DNA of 41,007 bases, taken from the UHGV virus genome UHGV-0067929, one strand, 5' to 3'. This DNA is from a virus. Every line of letters begins with the position of its first letter. Position 1 is the stretch's first letter. The notes under the pieces were generated by a model. It ran no database searches and was not told the DNA's origin. It worked only from the letters and a program-made list of their open reading frames with translations. A program made the translations under genes and the position numbers. Positions 1 through 8,391 of the stretch are shown in pieces.

Positions 1-49
1 ATGTTTGCAGTTTCAAGGCATTTCCTTAAATCTGCTGGTGATGCCCGGT

Positions 50-700
50 TCATGCTGCACGCTCCCGCCCCTGGTTGTCTGTTGGTGACAGCGGAGCATT
101 GCTGAATGCATTTGTTAATCTGGCAATATCCAACGCGTATCCAGGGTGTAGTTGCACTGCCGGGTCTTCGCACTGATTACCCCAAACATCGAAGCCATGA
201 GACGACTGGCGGGCGAACAGTTCAATGCGAGAAACATCGCCTAACAATTGCACAAGTTTTTCACGAACGACATCTGGTTTTCTTGAATGCTCAAGCCGCG
301 GTGCGGTAAATGACTGAACGATCCCTGCATTAATGCGCGGAGGTAGTTTTCCCTTTACTGCAAACAGGCAATCTTCACTATTGGCGCGAGTCATGTGACC
401 CATACCCATAACCAGTTTATCTGGTTGTCGACTACCACATTTTATCCACGTGAATCCCTTCATGGTCATCAGACGGAATCCCCAGGCTTCAACAACTTTT
501 AGTGCTTCGAGTGGTTGTGTTGGCACCCACCACATGGCCAACAGACAGTTTTCATCGGCCAAATCCCACACAGGAAGGCGGCAGATATCCATCACACTCA
601 TAACCGGATATTTAAAACCGGCACCGCGATTACCATCTGCGGCTTTGTCCCGGTATACCCAGGGTGGATCTGCATAGATTAGTGTGTATTTCTTAGTCAT
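50..700 (-). CDS. DNA N6-adenine methyltransferase (MT-A70-like, phage Dam-type)
   Basis: 216-aa ORF; DPPW catalytic motif (YADPPW) near N-terminus; last gene of leftward early operon. Confidence 0.8.
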   Translation of the reverse strand: MTKKYTLIYADPPWVYRDKAADGNRGAGFKYPVMSVMDICRLPVWDLADENCLLAMWWVPTQPLEALKVVEAWGFRLMTMKGFTWIKCGSRQPDKLVMGMGHMTRANSEDCLFAVKGKLPPRINAGIVQSFTAPRLEHSRKPDVVREKLVQLLGDVSRIELFARQSSHGFDVWGNQCEDPAVQLHPGYALDIARLTNAFSNAPLSPTDNQGRERAA

Positions 701-992
701 AAACCACCCCGCAACATCCTATACCGCTATAGTCGCCACGGCGAAGGCCGTTACCTTTTGTGATACATTGGTCCCTGCGAACCGCGATCCTTGCACGCTC
801 AACATCACCAGAAGCAACATCCATACACTGAAGCCAAAGGTGGGCGGCAATGCGGAACTGCCCTTTTTTCTCTCTTTCAATCGCGCGTTTTTCGATCTCT
901 ATCGCCGCAGGAGTAACGGCAACAACCTTTGAAGGGCTGCGCATTGAAACCTTGTTCATGTGATATTTTTCAAGTCGGCTTAACTTTCTCAC
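693..992 (-). CDS. hypothetical protein
   Basis: 99-aa ORF co-oriented in the leftward operon, 8-nt overlap with methylase start; no recognisable motif. Confidence 0.35.
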   Translation of the reverse strand: MRKLSRLEKYHMNKVSMRSPSKVVAVTPAAIEIEKRAIEREKKGQFRIAAHLWLQCMDVASGDVERARIAVRRDQCITKGNGLRRGDYSGIGCCGVVYD

Positions 993-1101
993 TTAATCCA
1001 ACCCTCTCTGAAAATTAATGCCAGCAGATAAAGCCATGCAGAAACAGAGGCCAGGAATAAGTACCATCCTGACCATTTGCTCCAGTGCCTTAGCAGCACA
1101 C

Positions 1102-1350
1102 TCATGCCGCGTTGCTCACGGGACGATATACACGTTGCTGAACAGGAGGTTTTTTACCCTGGAACTCTGCCGGGCTTGCTGCCTGACGTTCATCAAGCCA
1201 ACGCTCAACTTCATCACGGTTCCATGCGCAGCGTTTATCGGTGATATACCAGCGTTTAGGAAATTCCCCTGCGCGCTCCATACGGTCGATAGTGCTCCAT
1301 GACAGTGGCACCACCGCCAGGAGTTCCTTCTTACCTAATGCACCTTTCAT
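1102..1350 (-). CDS. AlpA-family phage transcriptional regulator (excisionase-like HTH)
   Basis: 82 aa; LSWSTIDRMERAGEFPKRW...WNRDEVERWL pattern typical of AlpA/Vis-like small DNA-binding proteins. Confidence 0.7.
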   Translation of the reverse strand: MKGALGKKELLAVVPLSWSTIDRMERAGEFPKRWYITDKRCAWNRDEVERWLDERQAASPAEFQGKKPPVQQRVYRPVSNAA

Positions 1351-1399
1351 AAATACCTCTCTTGGTTGCAGTGCGGCGCGCGTGGCGCCGCGGTGGTGG

Positions 1400-2281
1400 T
1401 TACATAGATGTTTCGTTTAATTCTTCCCGACGAACGCTGTAAACGTCGGTGGCTTTTGCCAGCAGTTCGTCATCATCTGAAAGTTTTTGTGCAATGTATT
1501 TGTAAGCCTTATCCAGTTCGGAGACAGTGCTGTAATTCATCGCTGCGCTGGTAAAGGCCATCAGCATTTCTTCTGGATCACGGCTATCCGCTTTACGCGT
1601 TTGCTCATCAGGCTTTTTCGCTGGTTTAGCGTTGATCAGACTGTTCATTCCCGCAGCAGTGGTCGTTTGCGGAGTAATGTCTCGCTCAACGCGCGGTGCC
1701 GTTTCCTGTAATTCGTCAGGGGTGTAAACACCGAGAAGTACATCAGGAGCGTGCAGGCGAGCCCATCGTTTCGTGCAAAGATAGGCAAGCTGCTGGCGCG
1801 GATCCTGTTCCCACAATGGAGAGTTACGCACTCCGGCTTGCGCCATACTGATGGTAAGCTCACGGGGTTCTGCTTCTCCTTTAAGAACTGCTGACACAGT
1901 TACCGTCAGATTCGGTGATTTATCTGTTTTGCCGTTAACATTCGACCAGTCACCGCTCCAGCGATAATTCAGGCGTGTCGCTAGCAGGCTGGAAGAGGAT
2001 ACGACCGCGTTTACCAACTGTGCTTCGTAGCCTAACGTTCCGTTTACCACATGCGTTTTCTGCGCCACGGCGAAAGGATTCATTCCCCACTGTGCCGCCT
2101 GCATGGTCACCGCCAGACAATCGGCAGGTTTGCCTTCAAGATGTTTCGGTACAGTCGCTTTGCTTTGTGACATCAACTCCGCGAAACGCACCAGTTGATT
2201 CATGCCCTCCGGGCTGAAGATTGCCGCAGCAGTACCTACAGTTGCGCCTGGTTGTGATGTGATTGCGATATCATTGCTCAT
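1400..2281 (-). CDS. single-strand annealing recombinase (Bet/RecT-type)
   Basis: 293 aa; segment SPLWEQDPRQQLAYLCTKRWARL resembles the conserved Bet region (WQSHPKRMLRHKAMIQCARL as recalled); immediately downstream of and overlapping the exonuclease gene. Confidence 0.7.
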   Translation of the reverse strand: MSNDIAITSQPGATVGTAAAIFSPEGMNQLVRFAELMSQSKATVPKHLEGKPADCLAVTMQAAQWGMNPFAVAQKTHVVNGTLGYEAQLVNAVVSSSSLLATRLNYRWSGDWSNVNGKTDKSPNLTVTVSAVLKGEAEPRELTISMAQAGVRNSPLWEQDPRQQLAYLCTKRWARLHAPDVLLGVYTPDELQETAPRVERDITPQTTTAAGMNSLINAKPAKKPDEQTRKADSRDPEEMLMAFTSAAMNYSTVSELDKAYKYIAQKLSDDDELLAKATDVYSVRREELNETSM

Positions 2282-3099
2282 ACGTACATATCCTGTTTAC
2301 GTGCCCAGTCAGGGCGTTTAATAATTTCCACTCCGCCCCACTCATCGTTGATGCGGCATTCGTGATAGGTATTCAGATCCCGGCGGAACAGAGCGTGCCC
2401 GGCATCGACATCCGGCGCATCCAGCTCGAACACGCGTACCGGATACCGACCACAATCAATGCTTTCGCTCACGGCAAGAAAGAAAAAACCATGTGGCTGA
2501 CCAGTAACCCTCATTGCGCCTTCGCGGTACATTGCGTCCTGCACGTGGTAGCGGAACTCCTCGATGTGGCGTGCAAAACGGTCCATATCTGCAACCTTTT
2601 TCACGTCGACGATCACGTTGTGCTCGTTCAGCCATTTGTCTGGACGAATTCGGCACAACTCACCCGTATCTTCATCGTTCCAGTACATTGATGCTTCGCA
2701 GTAACCAGGTGCTTCCAACATCCAGCGTGCCGCCGGGTGAGCCATTGCGCTATCACGCATCAGCTCCAGTTTTCGCCACTGCTCTGCATCAAGTACCGAA
2801 ATCCCCATATCCGCTACATCACGAATAAATGCCTCTTCGTCAGCTTTACCTTGTTTTGTCCGACGATCGAATTTCGGTGAAACGATGAAGCGTTTGTCAA
2901 ACTCTCCAGGTTCCAGAAGCAGACAGTGCAGAGCAGTACCCATGTCCAGTGCAGACTTCTTCTCTTCGTCTTCCGGAGCAGCCTTCACCCATTTCAGAAG
3001 GGCAGGGTTCTTAGCCACCATATCTAGCTGCGACTTACTCACGCCGTCACCGGCGTGGTAGTCCTCGTTGCTGATATCGAAATAAATTCCCGGATTCAT
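2278..3099 (-). CDS. PD-(D/E)xK family exonuclease (recombination partner of the annealase)
   Basis: 273 aa; GTALHCLLLE, RIRPDKWL and VIVDVKK motifs consistent with RecB-like nuclease fold; ATGA overlap with annealase start. Confidence 0.7.
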   Translation of the reverse strand: MNPGIYFDISNEDYHAGDGVSKSQLDMVAKNPALLKWVKAAPEDEEKKSALDMGTALHCLLLEPGEFDKRFIVSPKFDRRTKQGKADEEAFIRDVADMGISVLDAEQWRKLELMRDSAMAHPAARWMLEAPGYCEASMYWNDEDTGELCRIRPDKWLNEHNVIVDVKKVADMDRFARHIEEFRYHVQDAMYREGAMRVTGQPHGFFFLAVSESIDCGRYPVRVFELDAPDVDAGHALFRRDLNTYHECRINDEWGGVEIIKRPDWARKQDMYV

Positions 3100-3395
3100 G
3101 CCGCGTCCCTCTGCCCATCAATCTGATCAGCCAGATCCCAGCGGGCGATAATTGCCATTGCCTCGCGCCGGTAGGCATCCATTAGTTCTTCGAACTCAGG
3201 GCTGTCTTTAGCGGCCTCCAGTACTTCCTTGCGAACGCCTTTAACTGTTACAACGTCGAAAGTTGATGCCAGTTGATGAAGCCGGATACTCTCAATCAGT
3301 TCAACTTGTCGGTCATATAGCTGTTCTGACAGGCGGTAGTCCTTGTCGAATGCCAGCATGATTTTTTGAAGATTTTTCTGCTGATTAACGTTCAT
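3096..3395 (-). CDS. hypothetical early protein
   Basis: Start moved to second ATG (3395), which is preceded by GGAGGG with 6-nt spacing; translationally coupled to exonuclease. Confidence 0.5.
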   Translation of the reverse strand: MNVNQQKNLQKIMLAFDKDYRLSEQLYDRQVELIESIRLHQLASTFDVVTVKGVRKEVLEAAKDSPEFEELMDAYRREAMAIIARWDLADQIDGQRDAA

Positions 3396-3397
3396 TA

Positions 3398-3550
3398 TCA
3401 GCCCTCCCATATCTCGTTATCGTTGGCCACATCGCGAGCTTCTTTGCTGACGAAAGCCCACTTAATGCCTTCCTGTAAGGTGCGGAACTTCCAGCTCATG
3501 AATCCGCATGCAGTAACGCAGTACCAACCGTTGATGATTTTCCACTGCAT
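3398..3550 (-). CDS. small hypothetical protein (50 aa), first gene of leftward operon
   Basis: ORF below the track cutoff, MQWKIINGWYCVTACGFMSWKF...; GAGG 9 nt upstream of ATG; stop overlaps the SD of the next gene. Confidence 0.3.
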   Translation of the reverse strand: MQWKIINGWYCVTACGFMSWKFRTLQEGIKWAFVSKEARDVANDNEIWEG

Positions 3551-3630
3551 AACTTGTTACCTCGGTCTGTTACCGTTGAGGTAATAATTATGCGTATCTG
3601 GTTTGATGTCAATAGATATGAGTTAAAAAA

Positions 3631-3647
3631 ATTACCCGTTAGGTAAT
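3631..3647. promoter_or_regulatory. operator-like palindrome ATTACCCGTTAGGTAAT (early-left promoter region)
   Basis: Perfect 6-bp inverted arms, 5-bp spacer; between leftward operon start and repressor gene. Confidence 0.55.
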
Positions 3648-3703
3648 CGAATAGGCAATAAAAAAGCCGCCATAAGGCGGCTTACTTACTGAAAAATATG
3701 ATT

Positions 3704-4288
3704 TTATTGTTTGTTTTTTTCGTTCTGGTTGATGACAAATTCAATGTAACTTTCGATCTTTGCCTTCTCTGTTTCAGGTAACAATGCGTAGCGCGAGCGG
3801 TCATAGTTGATAGTTGCAGGGTCATGCGGATGGATCAGTAGTTCATATCCGTGACGCCCGAATGCAGATGCAACATTCTCCAGGGTGGAAATGGAAACGC
3901 TGACCTCATTGTTTAACAGGCGGCTTATTGTCACCTGGGCGACGCCGGATGCGCGGTGAAGTTTTCCCTGAGTTGAAAGGTCGCGGCTTTCACTCATCCA
4001 GCGTTCCAGGTTGTGAGCTGCCAGCTGACCAATGTCGCTTGGGCCGACAGGCTGAAAACCTTCCTGAGAAAGCGAGCGATCGATATCAAGCCAGTTACGG
4101 GGTTTATTGGCGGCAGCTTCAATTTTTCGCGCAACCTGGTCGCCGATAACCTTCTTGCCAAGAGCCCAGCGGTTTACCAGATTTGCCTGAGTTCCAAGTT
4201 TTTCTGCCATCCGCGTCTGAACACCATTGAATTCACGGTCGATCAAGTCGTTGAGATTTTGCCTGCGGACGTCCTGGATACTTTTCAT
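3704..4288 (-). CDS. CI-like prophage repressor with two HTH regions, no peptidase S24 domain
   Basis: 194 aa; HTH-like segments MAEKLGTQANLVNRW and SGVAQVTISRLLNNEVSVSISTLENVASAF; divergent from Cro-like gene with palindromic operators between. Confidence 0.65.
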   Translation of the reverse strand: MKSIQDVRRQNLNDLIDREFNGVQTRMAEKLGTQANLVNRWALGKKVIGDQVARKIEAAANKPRNWLDIDRSLSQEGFQPVGPSDIGQLAAHNLERWMSESRDLSTQGKLHRASGVAQVTISRLLNNEVSVSISTLENVASAFGRHGYELLIHPHDPATINYDRSRYALLPETEKAKIESYIEFVINQNEKNKQ

Positions 4289-4342
4289 TTTCTGGAAAAT
4301 CGCCTCATATATGAATCAGTAGATGATTCAATTTAAAGCAAT

Positions 4343-4359
4343 ATTACCCAACAGGTAAA
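4343..4359. promoter_or_regulatory. operator-like palindrome ATTACCCAACAGGTAAA (repressor/cro intergenic)
   Basis: Same ATTACC-N5-GGTAA pattern. Confidence 0.55.
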
Positions 4360-4381
4360 TGCACCTCATAGGTAACTATCC

Positions 4382-4410
4382 TTGATTTTTGTTACCTTAT
4401 GGGTGAATAT
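4382..4410 (+). promoter_or_regulatory. sigma70-like promoter for Cro-like gene
   Basis: TTGATT - 17 nt - GAATAT, 33 nt upstream of ATG 4443. Confidence 0.5.
4391..4407. promoter_or_regulatory. operator-like site GTTACCTTATGGGTGAA within spacer of cro promoter
   Basis: Imperfect copy; sits between -35 TTGATT (4382-4387) and -10 GAATAT (4405-4410). Confidence 0.5.
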
Positions 4411-4430
4411 TTATTATCTGAAATAAATAT
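4407..4430. promoter_or_regulatory. inverted repeat ATATTTAT-N8-ATAAATAT at cro 5' region
   Basis: 8-bp perfect arms overlapping the -10 and transcript start region. Confidence 0.35.
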
Positions 4431-4442
4431 CAGGCAATAGCT

Positions 4443-4673
4443 ATGAGCGATAACGGACATTTCGATTTCAAAAAGCACTGGCTTGCACTTACTCCGGATG
4501 AGCGTGAAGCCTTCGCACAGGAAGCCGGAACGACGAGTCACTATATCCAGACTCACTTAACAGGTAAGCGCAAAATGCCAGGTAAGGTATTGATGAATGG
4601 GCTTTTTAAAGCCTGTAAAACAAGACAATGGCTGCGCTCAAAAGCGGAACTGGCATACTTCTTCTACTCATGA
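4443..4673 (+). CDS. Cro-like small DNA-binding regulator
   Basis: 76 aa; position divergent from repressor, own promoter with operator in spacer; followed by an intrinsic terminator. Confidence 0.55.
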   Translation: MSDNGHFDFKKHWLALTPDEREAFAQEAGTTSHYIQTHLTGKRKMPGKVLMNGLFKACKTRQWLRSKAELAYFFYS

Positions 4674-4695
4674 TATCTGGCAACAACCCTCTGTA

Positions 4696-4717
4696 GACCG
4701 CCATCCGGCGGTCTTTT
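4696..4717 (+). terminator. intrinsic terminator after Cro-like gene
   Basis: GACCGCC-ATCC-GGCGGTC then TTTT. Confidence 0.6.
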
Positions 4718-4727
4718 CATATCTATT

Positions 4728-4744
4728 CGTACCTCAAAGGTAAT
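4728..4744. promoter_or_regulatory. operator-like site CGTACCTCAAAGGTAAT
   Basis: Half-site GGTAAT intact, left arm degenerate; upstream of replication genes. Confidence 0.4.
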
Positions 4745-4823
4745 AAAAAACCAAATCTGGTTGATCTTTTTTTTGTGTCAGCACAAAATGACCGTAATCC
4801 CAATACTAATAACAGGGCTTACC

Positions 4824-5024
4824 ATGGAAATCATTACACGTATTGATGCCGCAAAGCGCGGACTTAAACGCTACTACACCGGAAAAACATGTAAGCACGG
4901 ACATGACAGTGAACGCTGGGTTTACAACGGACACTGTGTTGAGTGCACCATGGAATCAAACCGTCGTATCAGGGCAGAGATTAAGCAGATCATGATTAAT
5001 TCCTCCCCACAACATTCAAGCTGA
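4824..5024 (+). CDS. small Cys/His-rich (zinc-ribbon-like) protein
   Basis: CKHGH...HCVEC spacing; start chosen at ATG 4824, the track TTG start at 4761 lacks support. Confidence 0.35.
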   Translation: MEIITRIDAAKRGLKRYYTGKTCKHGHDSERWVYNGHCVECTMESNRRIRAEIKQIMINSSPQHSS

Positions 5025-5039
5025 TAGCGGAGATTAATC

Positions 5040-5855
5040 ATGAGCAGACATGCAACAGATTGGGCCTGGGAGACAGATCCAGGTAGCTCGTCATTAAAGC
5101 TCATACTGCTCTCGATGGCTGACAGAGCCGATGAATATAACCTCTGCTACCCCAGCATAGAACGCCTCGTTAAAGACACTTGCCTGAATAAAAAAACCGT
5201 GCAGGCCGGGCTTATATCGCTCATGAAAATGGGGCTTATTTCAGATACCGGAGAGAGAAAGGGAGCGACGAAAAGAGTGCGGGTTTTCTCTCTTAATATA
5301 ACCAAAAAAGGGAACATTAAAGGCAACCTAGAAGGACGTAATGAACCCGAAAACGGTAATGTTCCCGAAAACGGGAATATACCCAAAAACGGGATGTTGA
5401 ATGATCCCAAAAACGGGATGTTGAATGATCCCAAAAACGGGATCCAGAACCAGTCATATAACCAGTCATTTAACCAAGAGAGGGAGAGCAGGACAAAAAG
5501 CGGGGATTCTGTGCCTCATGACCCCGGAGCAAACAACGCCGTGATGAATAACTTTGTTCCTCCTGGTGGGCCAGGGCAATTAGGAAAATTTGTCATGCAT
5601 GAACAATGGCAGCCATCAGATGACTTTCTTCGGAAAAGCTCATTGCAGGGGATCTACCTGGACAGTCTGCCAACGGCACAGGAACTTGCAGAGTTCAGAA
5701 TTTACTGGATGGCTGAGGGTAAGGCATACCATCAGGCACAGTGGGAGCAGAAGCTGGCAAGGCGGCTGCAGATTAGCAGACAGAAGCAATCAACATTACC
5801 TGATAACAACGTTCCGCACTGGAACAGCCCTGAAGCATGGGAGGATTTCTTGTGA
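5040..5855 (+). CDS. replication initiation protein (lambda O analogue; N-terminal winged-helix, DnaT-like C-terminus)
   Basis: 271 aa; position before P-like gene; central linker encoded by tandem iterons; C-terminal WQPSDDFL...EFRIYWMAEG...QWEQKL pattern. Confidence 0.7.
   Translation: MSRHATDWAWETDPGSSSLKLILLSMADRADEYNLCYPSIERLVKDTCLNKKTVQAGLISLMKMGLISDTGERKGATKRVRVFSLNITKKGNIKGNLEGRNEPENGNVPENGNIPKNGMLNDPKNGMLNDPKNGIQNQSYNQSFNQERESRTKSGDSVPHDPGANNAVMNNFVPPGGPGQLGKFVMHEQWQPSDDFLRKSSLQGIYLDSLPTAQELAEFRIYWMAEGKAYHQAQWEQKLARRLQISRQKQSTLPDNNVPHWNSPEAWEDFL
5346..5444. repeat. iteron array inside replication initiator gene (candidate ori)
   Basis: Five direct repeats CCC(G/A)AAAACGG(T/G)A at 5346, 5364, 5382, 5406, 5430 (spacing 18,18,24,24), followed by CCAGTCAT-TAACC doublet. 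Confidence 0.6.
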
Positions 5856-6637
5856 ACAACGTTTTTACCGCGATACAAAACCGTGACGGAGAAGCCCTTT
5901 CTCGCATGTCAGGTTATGAGCATCAGTACGTCAACAATGACAATGTGGTGAACATGTCAGCAGAGAGGCTTGTTGATGCCCTTTTCAAACAGCTGAAACA
6001 ACTGTTTCCGGCGGCAGTGGTAACCAACCTGAAGACGCCAGAGCAGGAAGTCGCTGCAAAACAGCAGTGGATTGCTGCGTTTGCCGAAGGGGGGATCCGA
6101 ACCCGTGAACAGGTTTCTGCTGGTATGCGCCACGCCCGCGCCAGTGAATCTCCGTTCTGGCCGTCGCCAGGGCAATTCATCAAGTGGTGTAAAGACAGTA
6201 AGATGGTTCTTGGCGTCACCATTGACGATGTGATGGCGGAGTTTCACCGGTACAGCAAGGAAAAAAGTTTATATCCTGGTGGTCCCGAAAGATTCCCGTG
6301 GCGACATCCGGTTATGTACTGGGTCGTATGTGATACCCGCCGTGCAATGTATCAGCGCCAGCTTAGCGAGATTGAGGTTGAGAAACACGCGCGCAGGCTG
6401 CTCGATGATTGGGCGAAAAAGGTGGCTTCCGGACAGCAGATACCCGATCCGGTGATCAGCATACAGGCAAAGCCAGAGCCCATGAGTACACCTCCGGACA
6501 CAGGGAGAGACGTTTACCATCCACCAGGGCGAAGTTTCGGGTGCATGCCTAACGCCGCCACCCTTGGGGGAATAACACCGGCTCAGTGGCTGATGGAGGA
6601 ATACAGGCGAGGAAAGGCGGCAGGATTTATCAAGTAA
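5837..6637 (+). CDS. replication protein P-like helicase loader
   Basis: Strong resemblance to lambda P as recalled: QWIAAFAEGGIRTREQVSAGMRHARASESPFWPSPGQFIKWCKD versus RQWVLAFRENGITTMEQVNAGMRVARRQNRPFLPSPGQFVAWCRE. Confidence 0.8.
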   Translation: MGGFLVNNVFTAIQNRDGEALSRMSGYEHQYVNNDNVVNMSAERLVDALFKQLKQLFPAAVVTNLKTPEQEVAAKQQWIAAFAEGGIRTREQVSAGMRHARASESPFWPSPGQFIKWCKDSKMVLGVTIDDVMAEFHRYSKEKSLYPGGPERFPWRHPVMYWVVCDTRRAMYQRQLSEIEVEKHARRLLDDWAKKVASGQQIPDPVISIQAKPEPMSTPPDTGRDVYHPPGRSFGCMPNAATLGGITPAQWLMEEYRRGKAAGFIK

Positions 6638-6673
6638 TACCAGCGCGATAGCGCATTTTTTTACGCTTCGATA

Positions 6674-6690
6674 ATTACCTGTTGGGTAAT
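6674..6690. promoter_or_regulatory. operator-like palindrome ATTACCTGTTGGGTAAT
   Basis: Perfect arms; upstream of -35 of promoter for 6755 gene. Confidence 0.55.
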
Positions 6691-6708
6691 AAAATATTCT
6701 AAAATCTA

Positions 6709-6737
6709 TTGATTTCGTGTCTTATGTGGTTTTTAAT
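6709..6737 (+). promoter_or_regulatory. sigma70-like promoter for nin-like operon
   Basis: TTGATT - 17 nt - TTTAAT. Confidence 0.45.
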
Positions 6738-6752
6738 TACCTCAGAGGTAAA
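6736..6752. promoter_or_regulatory. operator-like palindrome ATTACCTCAGAGGTAAA
   Basis: Overlaps -10/+1 and ends 2 nt before ATG 6755. Confidence 0.55.
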
Positions 6753-6754
6753 TC

Positions 6755-7099
6755 ATGAGAAAACAGATACAGGCTCTTGGTCGACTCAAAACAGGTCAGA
6801 TGAACAAAACAGAATCTGCGTATTGCCAGCACCTTGAGCTGCGTAAACGTGCAGGAGAAATCGTCTGGTATCGATTTGAGGGTATCAAGCTGCGGTTAGC
6901 TGACAACACGTTCTATACGCCCGATTTTGCTGTGATGCTCGCCACCGGCGAGATGGAACTGCACGAAGTGAAAGGTTTCTGGACCGACGACGCCAGGGTG
7001 AAAACCAAAGTCGCCGCAGATCAGTATCCGTTCCGAATCATCGGGGTAACGGTTAAACCAAAGAAAGCAGGTGGTGGCTGGATCATCGAAGAGTTCTGA
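6755..7099 (+). CDS. PD-(D/E)xK nuclease-fold protein (VRR-NUC-like)
   Basis: 114 aa; YTPDF...ELHEVKG (PD...ExK) arrangement. Confidence 0.45.
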   Translation: MRKQIQALGRLKTGQMNKTESAYCQHLELRKRAGEIVWYRFEGIKLRLADNTFYTPDFAVMLATGEMELHEVKGFWTDDARVKTKVAADQYPFRIIGVTVKPKKAGGGWIIEEF

Positions 7100-7160
7100 A
7101 TCGACGATCTTTTTAGTTATCAATGTTATCAATAAGTTATGTGGATAAGCGAGGGTAAAG

Positions 7161-7592
7161 ATGGAAAGTAATATCAAAGGGTTAGTTGCCGCCGGGCATG
7201 AGATGGCTTCGGAACTGAAAGCAGAATGTGGTGCCGTTGATATGCGTAGTGTGGCAAAGCTGATCAGCGATTTGGCAACGCAACTGGAAGTGCAACTGGT
7301 GCGTGCTAATGCGCTGGCGGTGGAGAATGAGCTGGCTCGTAAGGCAGTTCAGGCATTCTGCGATGTTGTTGGCGACAACACCGAGGTTATCTGCGAGGAG
7401 GTTGGGAGAGATGGCGTTCTGGTTATCTTGGAGGCCATGAAAGCAACAGGAAATATGCCTGCCACCGATGCTTTCCTGGCTGAAGTACGAGCGCAGGGCG
7501 TGGAGATGTTTGCGGAGTGTGCATACACACTTGAACATCATGATCACGCAGTAGCCTTCGCCGCTGAGCTTCGCAAAGGAGGCAACCAGTGA
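7161..7592 (+). CDS. hypothetical protein
   Basis: 143-aa ORF with AAGATG start context, co-oriented in nin-like region. Confidence 0.5.
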   Translation: MESNIKGLVAAGHEMASELKAECGAVDMRSVAKLISDLATQLEVQLVRANALAVENELARKAVQAFCDVVGDNTEVICEEVGRDGVLVILEAMKATGNMPATDAFLAEVRAQGVEMFAECAYTLEHHDHAVAFAAELRKGGNQ

Positions 7593-7846
7593 GTAATTCC
7601 GCACGGCTACAGCTTGGTTTTTCACCGCTATCAAAAACCATCGTGTTGGCCAAAATGCGCGATTTAGGTGACGGAACAAAACGCCGTGTAGGCAATGATC
7701 GCGGTCGTGATGTAACCAACGAGGCCGCACAACTCGTTTGGCATCTTGTCATGGCAGAAGGCGGTGAAATCAATTGGGAGCTGGATGATGGTTCTCGCAT
7801 GGTGTTAAGGGCAGAAAAGCAGGGGGCAAACGATGAAAAACCGTAA
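7589..7846 (+). CDS. hypothetical protein
   Basis: 85-aa ORF, 4-nt overlap with upstream gene. Confidence 0.4.
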   Translation: MSNSARLQLGFSPLSKTIVLAKMRDLGDGTKRRVGNDRGRDVTNEAAQLVWHLVMAEGGEINWELDDGSRMVLRAEKQGANDEKP

Positions 7847-8025
7847 AGCTAAGATGCTTATCTCCCGTGTATACAGATTTTGCTATCCCAGCCAGTGGTT
7901 GAGAGTTAGCAATCGCCGTGTGGTGTTGTTTTCATTTTCTGGAATTGCCAGAGAGGGAATCAAAGATAAGCGCAGCGCGGCGCAAAACCGCTGGAAAAAC
8001 CACTTGCGCACTAAAGGAGATTGAT

Positions 8026-8391
8026 ATGGCACTGACGAAAAAACAACGTGCAGAACTGCGCATGAAGTTCGGCGGTCGCTGCGCTTATTGCGGCTGCGAA
8101 CTTGGCGAAAAGTGGCATGCAGACCATGTAAAACCGGTCATTCGTTTTAATGGAAATATGCTTCACAAGGAACGTGACGATATATCCAACATGGTTCCGG
8201 CATGCCACCCATGCAATCTGCACAAGCATTGCAGTAGCCTGGAAGATTATCGGCGAATTATCAGTGATGGTCGTCGTGAATTCCTTGCGTCCGGGAAAGG
8301 CAAGGCGCTGGTTCGTATGGGATTGGTTGAAATGAAATCTGACCCGGTTGTGTTCTGGTTTGAAAAATATCAAGAAGGGGCTACGGCATGA
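8026..8391 (+). CDS. HNH endonuclease
   Basis: Start at ATG 8026 after AAAGGAG; CAYCGC...HADHVKP...N...PACHPCN motif (zinc-binding HNH). Confidence 0.8.
   Translation: MALTKKQRAELRMKFGGRCAYCGCELGEKWHADHVKPVIRFNGNMLHKERDDISNMVPACHPCNLHKHCSSLEDYRRIISDGRREFLASGKGKALVRMGLVEMKSDPVVFWFEKYQEGATA

Noticed and set aside
7140-7148. TGTGGATAA as a DnaA-dependent origin
   Set aside because: Single isolated box with no AT-rich unwinding element or box cluster; the iteron array at 5346-5444 is a better origin candidate
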